DNA of 64,000 nt from Pseudomonadota bacterium (GTDB taxonomy: Bacteria; Babelota; Babeliae; Babelales; CAIQNR01). The position numbers and the translations under genes were made by a program. The notes beneath the pieces are model-generated. The model did no database searches. It was not told where the DNA came from and worked only from the letters and a program-made list of their open reading frames with translations. Of the stretch, positions 1 to 8,879 are shown piece by piece. The DNA is taken from NCBI GenBank assembly GCA_027487215.1, contig JAIYDZ010000006.1, forward strand, positions 135,762-199,761, given 5' to 3'. Each line of letters opens with the position of its first letter. Positions within the stretch are counted from its first letter, which is position 1.

Positions 1-272
1 AGACCTACTAGAACAAGAAATAAGAGAAACTTCACTTCCTATTTTTTCACCGTCTATTGTTTTTTGATGCTCAAGAACTAGAAAAGAACCATCTCCACCA
101 AACGATGAGGGAAACACTTTTACATTTTCATTGTGTATAGTAAACAACGTACGTTGAGTTTTAACATCAATGAGCACCGCTTCTTTTTGTAATCGACTAA
201 ATTTTCGGGAAACCAGTACTTTCTGGGCTGCATTATCAAAATAACAAGAAGGAGAAAAACCAAAAGTGCCTA
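1..272 (-). CDS. Shifted-frame continuation of the beta-propeller protein gene (partial, runs off the left edge)
   Basis: The minus-strand frame with codons 240..238 onward has no stop in all 80 codons down to position 1. It joins the upstream ORF if the G9 tract at 273..281 is read as G8. The translation (GTFGFSPSCYFDNAAQKVLVSRKF..VLIDVKTQRTLFTIHNENVKVF..GDGSFLVLEH) continues the strand-rich repeat style. Confidence 0.45.
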
Positions 273-1561
273 CCCCCCCCCAAATCAGCTAAAGGCTTTC
301 CAGATGAAGCATCCCAGACAAAACAATCCTTAATTTCCTTACCCCCTGCTATAAAGAGTTTGCCTTCAGGAGTAAATTGCACTGCATATATTTTTTTAAA
401 ACCTGTAATTGTATCAAGCAACTCTCCAGTTGCTACTTCTCTTATTTCCATAACAGGTTCATCGCTATCAGGAGTCGGTATAAACGCTACTTTTGTACCG
501 TCGTGACTTACTGCGCTTGCTCCAATCTCACTTAAATCTACTTTAAACATACTTACTTGCTTTTTAGTCTTTCTATCCCATATTTCAAAATGCTTATTAC
601 ACGTATGTACTAACTGTCCTGTAGGGGTAAAATACACCTTTCCTGAACCAGTCATTTTTATAGGAAAAGTAAGAACAGGCATTCCTCCATCATCTCTTAC
701 TTCAACTTCCCATTCCTCTTCATTTCCATACTGATAGTTGCCCAAATTGTCTTCAACAATAGGTGTTTTCATATACGCAATAAACTTTCCACAAGGGCTT
801 GAAGCCAGCTGCTCAATTGGGGTATCTAAAAAAGCAATCTGTTGATGTCTAAATGTCGCTTGAGCATTTTCATTATTATGCAATTTATAAAGCTTACAAT
901 TTGAAGATTCTAAATCACTCTTTCCATAGTTAACTGAAGGTATTTCTCTCACAGCCCCAAATACCATTTGATGAGTACTATCAGGAAAGCAGGACCCAGT
1001 ATTATGGCATGTCCCTGCTGCAAATTGTCTTTCAAAAGAATGACGAGCATGATGCGGATGAGGATCAATTTCTGTAAGAATCACATCAGCTCTCCATGGA
1101 ATTATTCCCAAGAGCTCTTGACAACATTCCTTATTAAATTCTGGATCACTTTCAATAAGAGGAATGATTTCTTCTTGCAATGATTTATCTTCAAGTACTC
1201 TTTTATAAAATAGAGATTTTAGTACATTAAGACGGTCAAATAAGGGTTCGTGAGTTTCTTTATCACACAAAGGTTGTAATCCAAGCCGAACTGCTGCAAG
1301 TAGAGTACGCGCATGATGTTTTTGAGTCAAAGTGGATAAAACTCTTTCAAACCCTTCTTGAGAATGACATTTAACAAGCTGATCAAGGGTTTGTATATCT
1401 CCTACTTTACAAGGAGGTTGAATTGAAAATTGTTGGCTTCCTGTTTCTTGTAAAAAAGAGGAAGCTAAAAAAAGTTCTTCGCTTGCACGAATCTTAATCT
1501 CTGGTGTTTTTTGACCTCCTGAGATACTAAAAAAAAACAATAAGCTTATTAAACGCTTCAT
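236..1561 (-). CDS. Secreted protein with C-terminal WD40/TolB-like beta-propeller repeats; the frame ends 11 codons after the G9 tract
   Basis: Long ORF. The ATG at 1561 gives MKRLISLLFFFSISGG, which looks like a signal peptide. The C-terminal half has repeats such as VSHDGTKVAFIPTPD and VQFTPEGKLFIAGG. Confidence 0.6.
   Translation of the reverse strand: MKRLISLLFFFSISGGQKTPEIKIRASEELFLASSFLQETGSQQFSIQPPCKVGDIQTLDQLVKCHSQEGFERVLSTLTQKHHARTLLAAVRLGLQPLCDKETHEPLFDRLNVLKSLFYKRVLEDKSLQEEIIPLIESDPEFNKECCQELLGIIPWRADVILTEIDPHPHHARHSFERQFAAGTCHNTGSCFPDSTHQMVFGAVREIPSVNYGKSDLESSNCKLYKLHNNENAQATFRHQQIAFLDTPIEQLASSPCGKFIAYMKTPIVEDNLGNYQYGNEEEWEVEVRDDGGMPVLTFPIKMTGSGKVYFTPTGQLVHTCNKHFEIWDRKTKKQVSMFKVDLSEIGASAVSHDGTKVAFIPTPDSDEPVMEIREVATGELLDTITGFKKIYAVQFTPEGKLFIAGGKEIKDCFVWDASSGKPLADLGGGRHFWFFSFLLF
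273..281. repeat. C9 (plus strand) / G9 (coding strand) homopolymer tract inside a coding region
   Basis: Read directly: tacccccccc+c at 271..281. It is the longest G/C homopolymer I saw in this AT-rich window. Confidence 0.95.
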
Positions 1562-1644
1562 TAAAACTCCTTTAATCTGTTCACTGGATAAAACAACCAC
1601 AGTGTACAAAAATATCATAGTTAATCAAAAGAAATTAAAGACCA

Positions 1645-2163
1645 TTAATGAATATAAAGGTCTTGCATCACATCAGCGGTTAATGATGCTGGCTGATTAC
1701 AGCAACGACCTTTTAAAATTGCTAGAAGTTTTTTGTCTGCCGATCTATTTAAAACCAGCTTTTGCCATACTGCCTGTTGTAATAGTTTAACCCTATCTTG
1801 CTGTTTCAATTGATATCGTAATGCAGCATACGTAACTGCAATGAGATCTTTTTGAGATATTTCCTGCAAAGAAGACTGAAACCTCTCAGAACTACTTTTT
1901 TTAATAAGAGTATCAAGAGATTGTAAAGGTCGTGCAAGATTCTTTAAAACCACCATTCGATAATGACTTTCAGATTCTATGGGATAATAACTATCCCATT
2001 CTGCACATGCAACAATGCACTTATAAGAAACAGTAATAATCATTTCATTTTTTTCAAGAACATAATCTTTAAGAATCGGAACCGATTTAGACCCTCCAAA
2101 AGCATCTGTAAAAAGGACCGCAAGAAAAAAATATATCCCAAAAAAAGACATCCATTCCCTCAT
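1645..2163 (-). CDS. Hypothetical exported protein
   Basis: ORF with the ATG at 2163 preceded by GGAG. The N-terminus is hydrophobic (MSFFGIYFFLAVLFTDAFG). I recognise no family. Confidence 0.5.
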   Translation of the reverse strand: MREWMSFFGIYFFLAVLFTDAFGGSKSVPILKDYVLEKNEMIITVSYKCIVACAEWDSYYPIESESHYRMVVLKNLARPLQSLDTLIKKSSSERFQSSLQEISQKDLIAVTYAALRYQLKQQDRVKLLQQAVWQKLVLNRSADKKLLAILKGRCCNQPASLTADVMQDLYIH

Positions 2164-2249
2164 TCCATTCTCCAACCATTTTTAACCCTCATACATTGAG
2201 TATAGCTCGATTGAAAGGTGTAATTGAAGAACCTAAATTTTTATGTAAT

Positions 2250-2283
2250 AAAAAAAGCGGACAGTTTTTAACTATCCGCTTTA
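2250..2283 (-). terminator. Rho-independent terminator downstream of metG
   Basis: On the minus strand: AAAGCGGA tagttaaaaactg TCCGCTTT followed by a T7 run. Confidence 0.7.
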
Positions 2284-2318
2284 AATTTATTAAAAAATAC
2301 TTTTTTAAAACTTCTAAA

Positions 2319-4238
2319 CTATTTTACTCTACTACCATTTTTTGCACCTACCGCAGGAGTAAGCATCGTAATAGTGCCATCTTCTTTTTCTGCCGTTAAC
2401 ATCATACCTTCAGAAATAGAGCCCATCATTTTACGTGGTTTAAGATTCACCACAAAAATGCCCTGTTTTCCAATAAGCTGTTCGGGAGTATAAAATGCCC
2501 GAATACCAGAAAAAATATTTCTTATGCCACATTCACCCACATCAACGGTCAAACGAAGCAGCTTGTCAGAACCATCAACAAACTCACATGCCGTAATCGT
2601 GCCTGAACGCATGTCTACTTTTACAAACTCTTCAATACCGATGTATGATTCTTCTTTTTTTACTTCTGGTTGCTCAGCAACTACTGTTGGTTCTGGTTTA
2701 ATAAACAAGGCATCGCCCTTTCTAATGGTAAATGAACCGGTCCACGGTTGTGTAATACGTGCAACAAGGTCCTGATTTGGTTGATAGTCACGTCCGATAC
2801 GCTCACATAACTGTTCCATTTTTTGCGGCATAAACGGCCACAAAAGTATTCCAGCAGTATGAAGTGCATGACAGGTTGCAGTGAGCACTCGTTGACAGGC
2901 TACATCGTCTTTGCCAGCAAGCTTCCACGGAGATGAGGCATGAAAATAAGCATTTGCATGATGTAAAAGCTGCCATACTTGCGCAAGAGCAAGATGATAA
3001 AACCCACGCTCCATCTCTTTATCAAACAGTTCAATTACTGTTTGTGCTTGGCCGTAGAGAGCTTTTTCTTCATCATTCCATGCATCAACTGTGAGTGTGG
3101 TAAATCCTAACTTATCAGCAAGCATAGTCGTGCGTTGAAGAAGGTTGCCTAAATCGTTTGCAAGATCTGAACCAATTTTTTGTTCAAGATCCTGACGCGT
3201 AAATTGTCCGTCTTGAGTAATAGCAAGTTGACGGGCTAAATAATAACGCACTGCATCAGCGCCATAGTCGTTCAAGAGTTCTTGTGGATTAACACTGTTA
3301 CCACGTGATTTTGACATTTTATGCTCACCAACTTTGATCCATCCATGCACCAACAGTTTGCGAGGAAGCGGTAATCCTGATGCCATCAAAAATGCTGGCC
3401 AGTAGATGGCATGAAATCTCACAATGTCTTTACCCATTACCTGTACATCAGCCGGCCACCACTGAGCAAACTCTTTTTCTTTGCCTTGTTGGCCATACCC
3501 AACACCGGTAATATAGTTGTTAAGCGCATCTGCCCATACATACGTAACGTGCTGCTCATCACCTGGAAAAGGAACTCCCCACGAAATAGTAGTACGTGAA
3601 ATACTTAAATCCTGTAGACCACCTTCTACAAACGAAATAACTTCTGCTAGTCGTTCTTTGGGTGTCACAAAATCAGGATTTTCTCTGTAAAAAGCAAGCA
3701 ACTTATCTTGGTATGCTGAAAGCTTGAAATAGTAACATGATTCTTGGACCAAACTTGTTGGGCGTTCGCATGAAACACAAGGTGGATTTTGCTGACCCTT
3801 TTCATAATCTTTTTCGGTCATAAACGTTTCACACGGGGTACAGTACCACCCTTCATAGGTGCCTTTGTAAATATCACCCTTTTTTTGAAGATCAGAAATC
3901 CAGTGCTGAATCGCTTTTACATGATAAGAATCAGTCGTACGAATGAAATGAGAATATTCAATACTGTACTGCCTCCAGAGGGCTTTATAAGGCTCTATAA
4001 ATTGATCAACAAATGGCTGTGGTTCTTTTCCTGCCGCTTGGGCCGCCTGGGCAACCTTTTGTCCATGTTCATCAGTACCGGTCAAAAAGAAGGTTGGAAT
4101 ATTTTGAATTCTATGCCAACGAGCCGCAATGTCGGCAAGCACTGTTGAATAAAGCGTACCCAAATGAGGCGCCGCCGTTGCATAATAAATAGGAGTTGTT
4201 ATATAAAATTTCTTTTTTTGAACCACGAGTATCTCCAT
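2319..4238 (-). CDS. metG: Methionyl-tRNA synthetase with C-terminal tRNA-binding (Trbp111/EMAPII-like) domain
   Basis: HIGH-type motif (APHLGTLYS), KMSKS motif (HKMSKSRGN), a CxxC zinc knuckle region, and a C-terminal GKQGIFVVNLKPRKMMG tRNA-binding fold. Confidence 0.95.
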   Translation of the reverse strand: MEILVVQKKKFYITTPIYYATAAPHLGTLYSTVLADIAARWHRIQNIPTFFLTGTDEHGQKVAQAAQAAGKEPQPFVDQFIEPYKALWRQYSIEYSHFIRTTDSYHVKAIQHWISDLQKKGDIYKGTYEGWYCTPCETFMTEKDYEKGQQNPPCVSCERPTSLVQESCYYFKLSAYQDKLLAFYRENPDFVTPKERLAEVISFVEGGLQDLSISRTTISWGVPFPGDEQHVTYVWADALNNYITGVGYGQQGKEKEFAQWWPADVQVMGKDIVRFHAIYWPAFLMASGLPLPRKLLVHGWIKVGEHKMSKSRGNSVNPQELLNDYGADAVRYYLARQLAITQDGQFTRQDLEQKIGSDLANDLGNLLQRTTMLADKLGFTTLTVDAWNDEEKALYGQAQTVIELFDKEMERGFYHLALAQVWQLLHHANAYFHASSPWKLAGKDDVACQRVLTATCHALHTAGILLWPFMPQKMEQLCERIGRDYQPNQDLVARITQPWTGSFTIRKGDALFIKPEPTVVAEQPEVKKEESYIGIEEFVKVDMRSGTITACEFVDGSDKLLRLTVDVGECGIRNIFSGIRAFYTPEQLIGKQGIFVVNLKPRKMMGSISEGMMLTAEKEDGTITMLTPAVGAKNGSRVK

Positions 4239-4293
4239 AAAAATGAAGTAAAAAAACGTGAGAGCTAACCCACGTTCTTACTTTAAAAAAGCG

Positions 4294-5373
4294 TTACTGT
4301 GACTTGAGTGCAAGCCATATTTCATTGACCTGCTCATCAGTCAGCTCACTACGAAACAGTTCTATCGGGTAATTGGGGTCATTTAAAACCTCAATTGATT
4401 TTTTAAGTACATCAATATCACTAATATAGGTCGCATCTTTACGTGTTGATAACCACACATACTCTTCAAACGAATGCTCTTGCACTACCGGATCAAACAA
4501 AAAGTTTAACAGTTGATATACCTGATCAGTCTTTTTTGATGTTTTTGGAATAGCATAGTTTTCAAGGCTCAAAAATGTTCCTTCTTCAGGAATCAAAAAT
4601 TCAAAATCAGGATTTTTACGTAATGTCTTCCAAATATAAGAATTTGAAACCATCACAACCGGGCAGTTGCCCGATTCTAAGAAGAAATCCCCACGAAAAT
4701 CTGTGTAAGCTTCTGCGTTCTTTTTTTGCTCACACAACAAACATTTAATTTCTTCTATTTCAGCCTCATTAAGCTTTCTTACTGTGCCATATTTATATTT
4801 CATGGCAACGTTAATAAGATCCCGACAATCATTCATCAAACCAAGATGTTTGGGCATGTATGCTGGATCAAAAACCAGCTTCCAAGAAGCGCGTGGAAGA
4901 CCATCTTTAAAAAATGCTTTATTAATACCAAGACCCAAGATATACCACTCATTAGGAATTGAGTAATCGTTCTCCGGATCGAAATAAAGACCTAAAAATC
5001 GAGGGTGAATTTTGTCATAAAAATCGAGCTTTGATTTATCAATTTTTTGAAGCAGGTCATTTTCAATTAAAATCTTAACCGCATAATCTGAAGGAACAAC
5101 CAGATCGTATCCAGCACCTTTTGTCGCAAGCAGCTTTACAATCAATTCTTCATTAGCCGAATAGTAGTTTACGTTCACTTTAATGCCGGTTTTTTGTTCA
5201 AATTCATGAATGAGCTTTGGATCAACCACGCCCGGCCACATAAACACATTAAGCGATTCTTGAGTGACATAACGAGTTGCCAATGGTGAGTAAAGAAATG
5301 AAAAAATAAGAGTTACCCATACCGCAACGATAACGGCCCGAATAGATATTTTTTTTAGCATGCCGCTTACCAT
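4294..5373 (-). CDS. potD: Spermidine/putrescine ABC transporter substrate-binding protein
   Basis: N-terminal anchor followed by the PotD-like core (LNVFMWPGVVDPKLIHEFEQKTGIKVNVNYYSANEE..GYDLVVPSDY). It is the last gene of the potABCD order. Confidence 0.85.
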   Translation of the reverse strand: MVSGMLKKISIRAVIVAVWVTLIFSFLYSPLATRYVTQESLNVFMWPGVVDPKLIHEFEQKTGIKVNVNYYSANEELIVKLLATKGAGYDLVVPSDYAVKILIENDLLQKIDKSKLDFYDKIHPRFLGLYFDPENDYSIPNEWYILGLGINKAFFKDGLPRASWKLVFDPAYMPKHLGLMNDCRDLINVAMKYKYGTVRKLNEAEIEEIKCLLCEQKKNAEAYTDFRGDFFLESGNCPVVMVSNSYIWKTLRKNPDFEFLIPEEGTFLSLENYAIPKTSKKTDQVYQLLNFLFDPVVQEHSFEEYVWLSTRKDATYISDIDVLKKSIEVLNDPNYPIELFRSELTDEQVNEIWLALKSQ

Positions 5374-6152
5374 AATGTTTCTTTCGTTTTAATCGAACAG
5401 AAGACCATTACCAACAAGCTACTGACTACCAGCATGAGTGTTGCAAGCGCATTAACAACCGGAGAAACTCCCGAGCGAATCATTGAAAAAATATACAAAG
5501 AAAGCGTTTGGGCAGAAGTTCCACCACAGAAAAACGCCATCAAAAAATCATCAAGTGACAAAATAAAAATCAACAATGAAGCTGCCACAATAGCCGGCAT
5601 TAAAAGTGGCAATACAATTCTAAAAAAAGTTTGACGATGCGTTGCACCTAAATCAAGGGACGCCTCAATTAAACGCCTATCAAGCGAGGCCAGTCGTGTG
5701 TAAATAAGAGGAACAGCATACCCAAATCCTAAAAGCGTGTGCCCTACAATAAGTGACGGAAACCCAAGAGGAACTTCCAAAAACACAAAGGTACTTAAAA
5801 GCCCAACTGCCACCACAATTTCAGGAACCACTAAGTTAGGATAAAAAAATGCAAGCAGGTAGTTTCGTTTTCGTTGAGAACACCACAACACAAAAAAAAG
5901 CGCCAATGTCACACTTAAAAAAACTGATGATCCTGCAATCATTAATGAATTTTTAGCCGCTTCCCAGATTTCTGATGATAAAAAGAGTTCATAATACCAA
6001 TGCAGAGAAAAGCTTTCCCAACGGTAGGGAAACGCAATGGAATTGAAAGAGAAAACCGCCAAAATAATGAGCGGTACGTATAAGAACAGATAAGTACCTG
6101 CAACCCAGGTCATAAGTAAATTTTTTTTAAGACCACGCCATACATTATCCAC
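5367..6152 (-). CDS. potC: Spermidine/putrescine ABC transporter permease
   Basis: Six-TM BPD-transporter permease with an EAA-like loop (IEASLDLGATHRQTFFRIVLPLLMP). It overlaps its neighbours by a few nt. Confidence 0.85.
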   Translation of the reverse strand: MDNVWRGLKKNLLMTWVAGTYLFLYVPLIILAVFSFNSIAFPYRWESFSLHWYYELFLSSEIWEAAKNSLMIAGSSVFLSVTLALFFVLWCSQRKRNYLLAFFYPNLVVPEIVVAVGLLSTFVFLEVPLGFPSLIVGHTLLGFGYAVPLIYTRLASLDRRLIEASLDLGATHRQTFFRIVLPLLMPAIVAASLLIFILSLDDFLMAFFCGGTSAQTLSLYIFSMIRSGVSPVVNALATLMLVVSSLLVMVFCSIKTKETLW

Positions 6153-7011
6153 GTTGCTCCCCCTTACGCAGCAAAAAATGGGTCATAAATATGCCCAACA
6201 AAACCAACACCAACGCGCAGGATGCAACACACGTAAATGCTGAACCCATAGGGACATCACGCATTGCCAAAAAGTAATGAGTAATAACTGAACCGATATA
6301 CATCTGTTTATCGCCACCAAGCAAGGCCGGAATAACAAACTCCCCAAACGCCGGAATAAAGACGAGTAACGCACCAGTTTTAATTCCAGGCAAGGTTAAA
6401 GGAAGCATAATTCGGGTAAACGTTTGCCAGTCAGTGGCACCAAGATCACTTGACGCATCAAGCAACCGCTCATCAAATCGTTCAAACGCGCTGTAAAGTG
6501 GTAGTAACATGAACGGAAGATAACAGTAAAACATACCACACAGCACTGCCCCTTGGGTGTGCATCATAAAAAGTGGTTCTGTAATAAATCCAAGTTTTAA
6601 CAACACAGAGTTCACTAGACCATCGCGTTCTAGTAAAAAGTACCATGCGTACACCAAAAGCAAAAAGTTTGTCCAAAATGGCAAAATGAGCAGTGCAAAA
6701 CAGAATGTCTTCCACCGTTTAAGACGCAAAGTTATGTAGTAAGCAACCGGATAGGCAACAATGAGACACATGGTGACCGCAACGAGTGCCAGTAAAAAAG
6801 AGCGTGCAAAAATGGGCACATAAACTGGATTAATAAGAGCTTTATAATGTTCCAGAGTAAAAACATACGAGGTATCTGAAACCTGTTTTACAAAACTGGT
6901 CCCGAGTAAAAACATGAGGGGGGTATAGAAAAAAAGAACCTGCCATAATAAAGCAGGCACACCCCACAAAAATGTTGTCCACGAACCGCCGCCGGCTACT
7001 TCTTTTTCCAT
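6145..7011 (-). CDS. potB: Spermidine/putrescine ABC transporter permease
   Basis: BPD-transporter permease with an EAA loop (LDASSDLGATDWQTFTRIMLPLTLPG). Confidence 0.85.
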   Translation of the reverse strand: MEKEVAGGGSWTTFLWGVPALLWQVLFFYTPLMFLLGTSFVKQVSDTSYVFTLEHYKALINPVYVPIFARSFLLALVAVTMCLIVAYPVAYYITLRLKRWKTFCFALLILPFWTNFLLLVYAWYFLLERDGLVNSVLLKLGFITEPLFMMHTQGAVLCGMFYCYLPFMLLPLYSAFERFDERLLDASSDLGATDWQTFTRIMLPLTLPGIKTGALLVFIPAFGEFVIPALLGGDKQMYIGSVITHYFLAMRDVPMGSAFTCVASCALVLVLLGIFMTHFLLRKGEQRG

Positions 7012-7015
7012 GGTT

Positions 7016-8107
7016 TTATCTTTCTAGCAAAACAACATTCTCTTTTTGCCAATGCAGGTACACTTCATCATCGTAGTCGATTTTTTCTTTGGGGAAATGT
7101 TCTTCGTTTTGTTCAAAAACCTGCACTATGACATCATTTTTTAAACGCACATTATATTGGGTCGCATGACCATGATAGACAATCGCTTCCACTTTACCAA
7201 TCATCATATTGGAAAAATGTTCTTCGCGTTTTTTGCCAATCCATACTTTTTCAGGACGAACTGCCATTAAAATTTCACAACCTTCCTGCATCCAGTCTTG
7301 GCGTGCAGAAATATAGACTTTAAAAACTCCAAGACCCGGCACATCAACACAGACATCCTGGTTTACTGTTTTTAACACTCCGCGGAAAATATTCATTTTA
7401 CCCACAAAAGTTGCCACAAAAGCCGATGCTGGAAATTCATAAATCTGTTGAGGAGTACCAATCTGTTCAATCTTGCCATCAGCATTTAAAATTGCTAACT
7501 GATCTGCCACTGTTAATGCTTCAACCTGATCGTGAGTAACATACACAAAGGTTGTTTTTAAGGTTTCTTGTAGATCCATCAATTCAATAAGCATCTGCTC
7601 ACGAAGTTTTACATCAAGCGCTGCAAGCGGTTCATCAAGCAAAAGAACTTCAGGTTCAGTAATAATTGCACGTGCAATAGCAACACGCTGTTGCTGACCA
7701 CCTGAAAGTTGTTGGATCGGCTTGTGCATATGCGCTTCAAGATGAACTGCTTTAAGAATTTTAACCACTCGTTGACGCACTGTTTCTTTATCAACGTTTT
7801 TAATATGCAAACTGTAGGCAACGTTATCAAAAACGTTCATATGCGGAAAAAGTGCATAGTTTTGAAATACCGTACTGACTCTCCGTTTGTAGATAGGTAC
7901 ATGAGTAATATCCTCATCACCCAACATAACAGTGCCACTCTCGGGCTGTTCAAAGCCACCGATGATACGTAAAACTGTGGTTTTACCGCATCCACTAGGC
8001 CCAAGGAGCGCAAAAAATTTGCCCTCAGGAACCGTGAGTGAAAACTTCTCGAGGATTATATCCCCCTCAAATGACTTGTTAATATCTTTAAGGTAAATGG
8101 TTTTCAT
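7016..8107 (-). CDS. potA: Spermidine/putrescine ABC transporter ATP-binding protein
   Basis: Walker A (GPSGCGKTT), ABC signature (LSGGQQQRVAIARA), Walker B (LLLDEPL), and a C-terminal TOBE-like extension. Confidence 0.9.
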   Translation of the reverse strand: MKTIYLKDINKSFEGDIILEKFSLTVPEGKFFALLGPSGCGKTTVLRIIGGFEQPESGTVMLGDEDITHVPIYKRRVSTVFQNYALFPHMNVFDNVAYSLHIKNVDKETVRQRVVKILKAVHLEAHMHKPIQQLSGGQQQRVAIARAIITEPEVLLLDEPLAALDVKLREQMLIELMDLQETLKTTFVYVTHDQVEALTVADQLAILNADGKIEQIGTPQQIYEFPASAFVATFVGKMNIFRGVLKTVNQDVCVDVPGLGVFKVYISARQDWMQEGCEILMAVRPEKVWIGKKREEHFSNMMIGKVEAIVYHGHATQYNVRLKNDVIVQVFEQNEEHFPKEKIDYDDEVYLHWQKENVVLLER

Positions 8108-8796
8108 TTACGAGATCTACCTTCTTTTGCAAAAAACAGTGGAATAACTACATCAGACATGGTGCACGGAATAACAACCGCGCCGAGTAACATAATAAAA
8201 ATAGCTCCCATATGATTGTGCCAATCAGCAAAGCCATAAGAAACCATGTATAACAATGATGCAACTGAGCTTACAAATATGTGAGCAAAGTGTGACCACA
8301 ATGAATAAGAGGATTGATCCTGTTCTTTTTGTTGAGCAAGAACCCATCCATTAAGCATTCCAATAATTAAAAACGGTAACACGTTGCCTAAATCTTGAAT
8401 AAAACAAATATGCAGGTCCATCGGAACGCCAAGCAATCTTCCACCGACATAAGGTAAAAGTGCATCAGAAAGCACACAGAAAAACACGGTAGAAAGTGAT
8501 CCGACAATGATGCCTTTGACCACATTTTTTGAGTATCTAAAATAGGTAAGCATTGCGCCCGTTGCTGCAAACACTACGTGCATAAAATGAAATGTGTGAA
8601 AAAGCGTATGTGATCCTGCTTTAATAATGCTTTGATCTGCACCAAATGAGAAGTAATTAAGAAGCGCTACCCCAGCAATACTAAATGCAAGTGAAAACAC
8701 TGCATAAGGAAAGTGAACGAATAACTCTTCCATCATTGAACCACCACCACAATTGTGACTCGTGCTATGACAGTCCCCATGCTTATGTTGTGCCAT
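8104..8796 (-). CDS. Polytopic membrane protein with His/Cys-rich N-terminus and intramembrane His clusters (possible metal-related transporter)
   Basis: The ATG at 8796 is preceded by GGGGGA. The N-terminus reads MAQHKHGDCHSTSHNCGGGS. TM segments carry HTLFHTFHFMH, WSHFAH and DWHNHMG. The stop overlaps the potA start (ATGA). Confidence 0.6.
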   Translation of the reverse strand: MAQHKHGDCHSTSHNCGGGSMMEELFVHFPYAVFSLAFSIAGVALLNYFSFGADQSIIKAGSHTLFHTFHFMHVVFAATGAMLTYFRYSKNVVKGIIVGSLSTVFFCVLSDALLPYVGGRLLGVPMDLHICFIQDLGNVLPFLIIGMLNGWVLAQQKEQDQSSYSLWSHFAHIFVSSVASLLYMVSYGFADWHNHMGAIFIMLLGAVVIPCTMSDVVIPLFFAKEGRSRK

Positions 8797-8879
8797 TAGA
8801 TCCCCCTGGGTTAGCAACTAATAATTTATTATTCCCCGAATATAAAACGTTTTGGCTCTTAAAGCAAAGAAATATCTTT

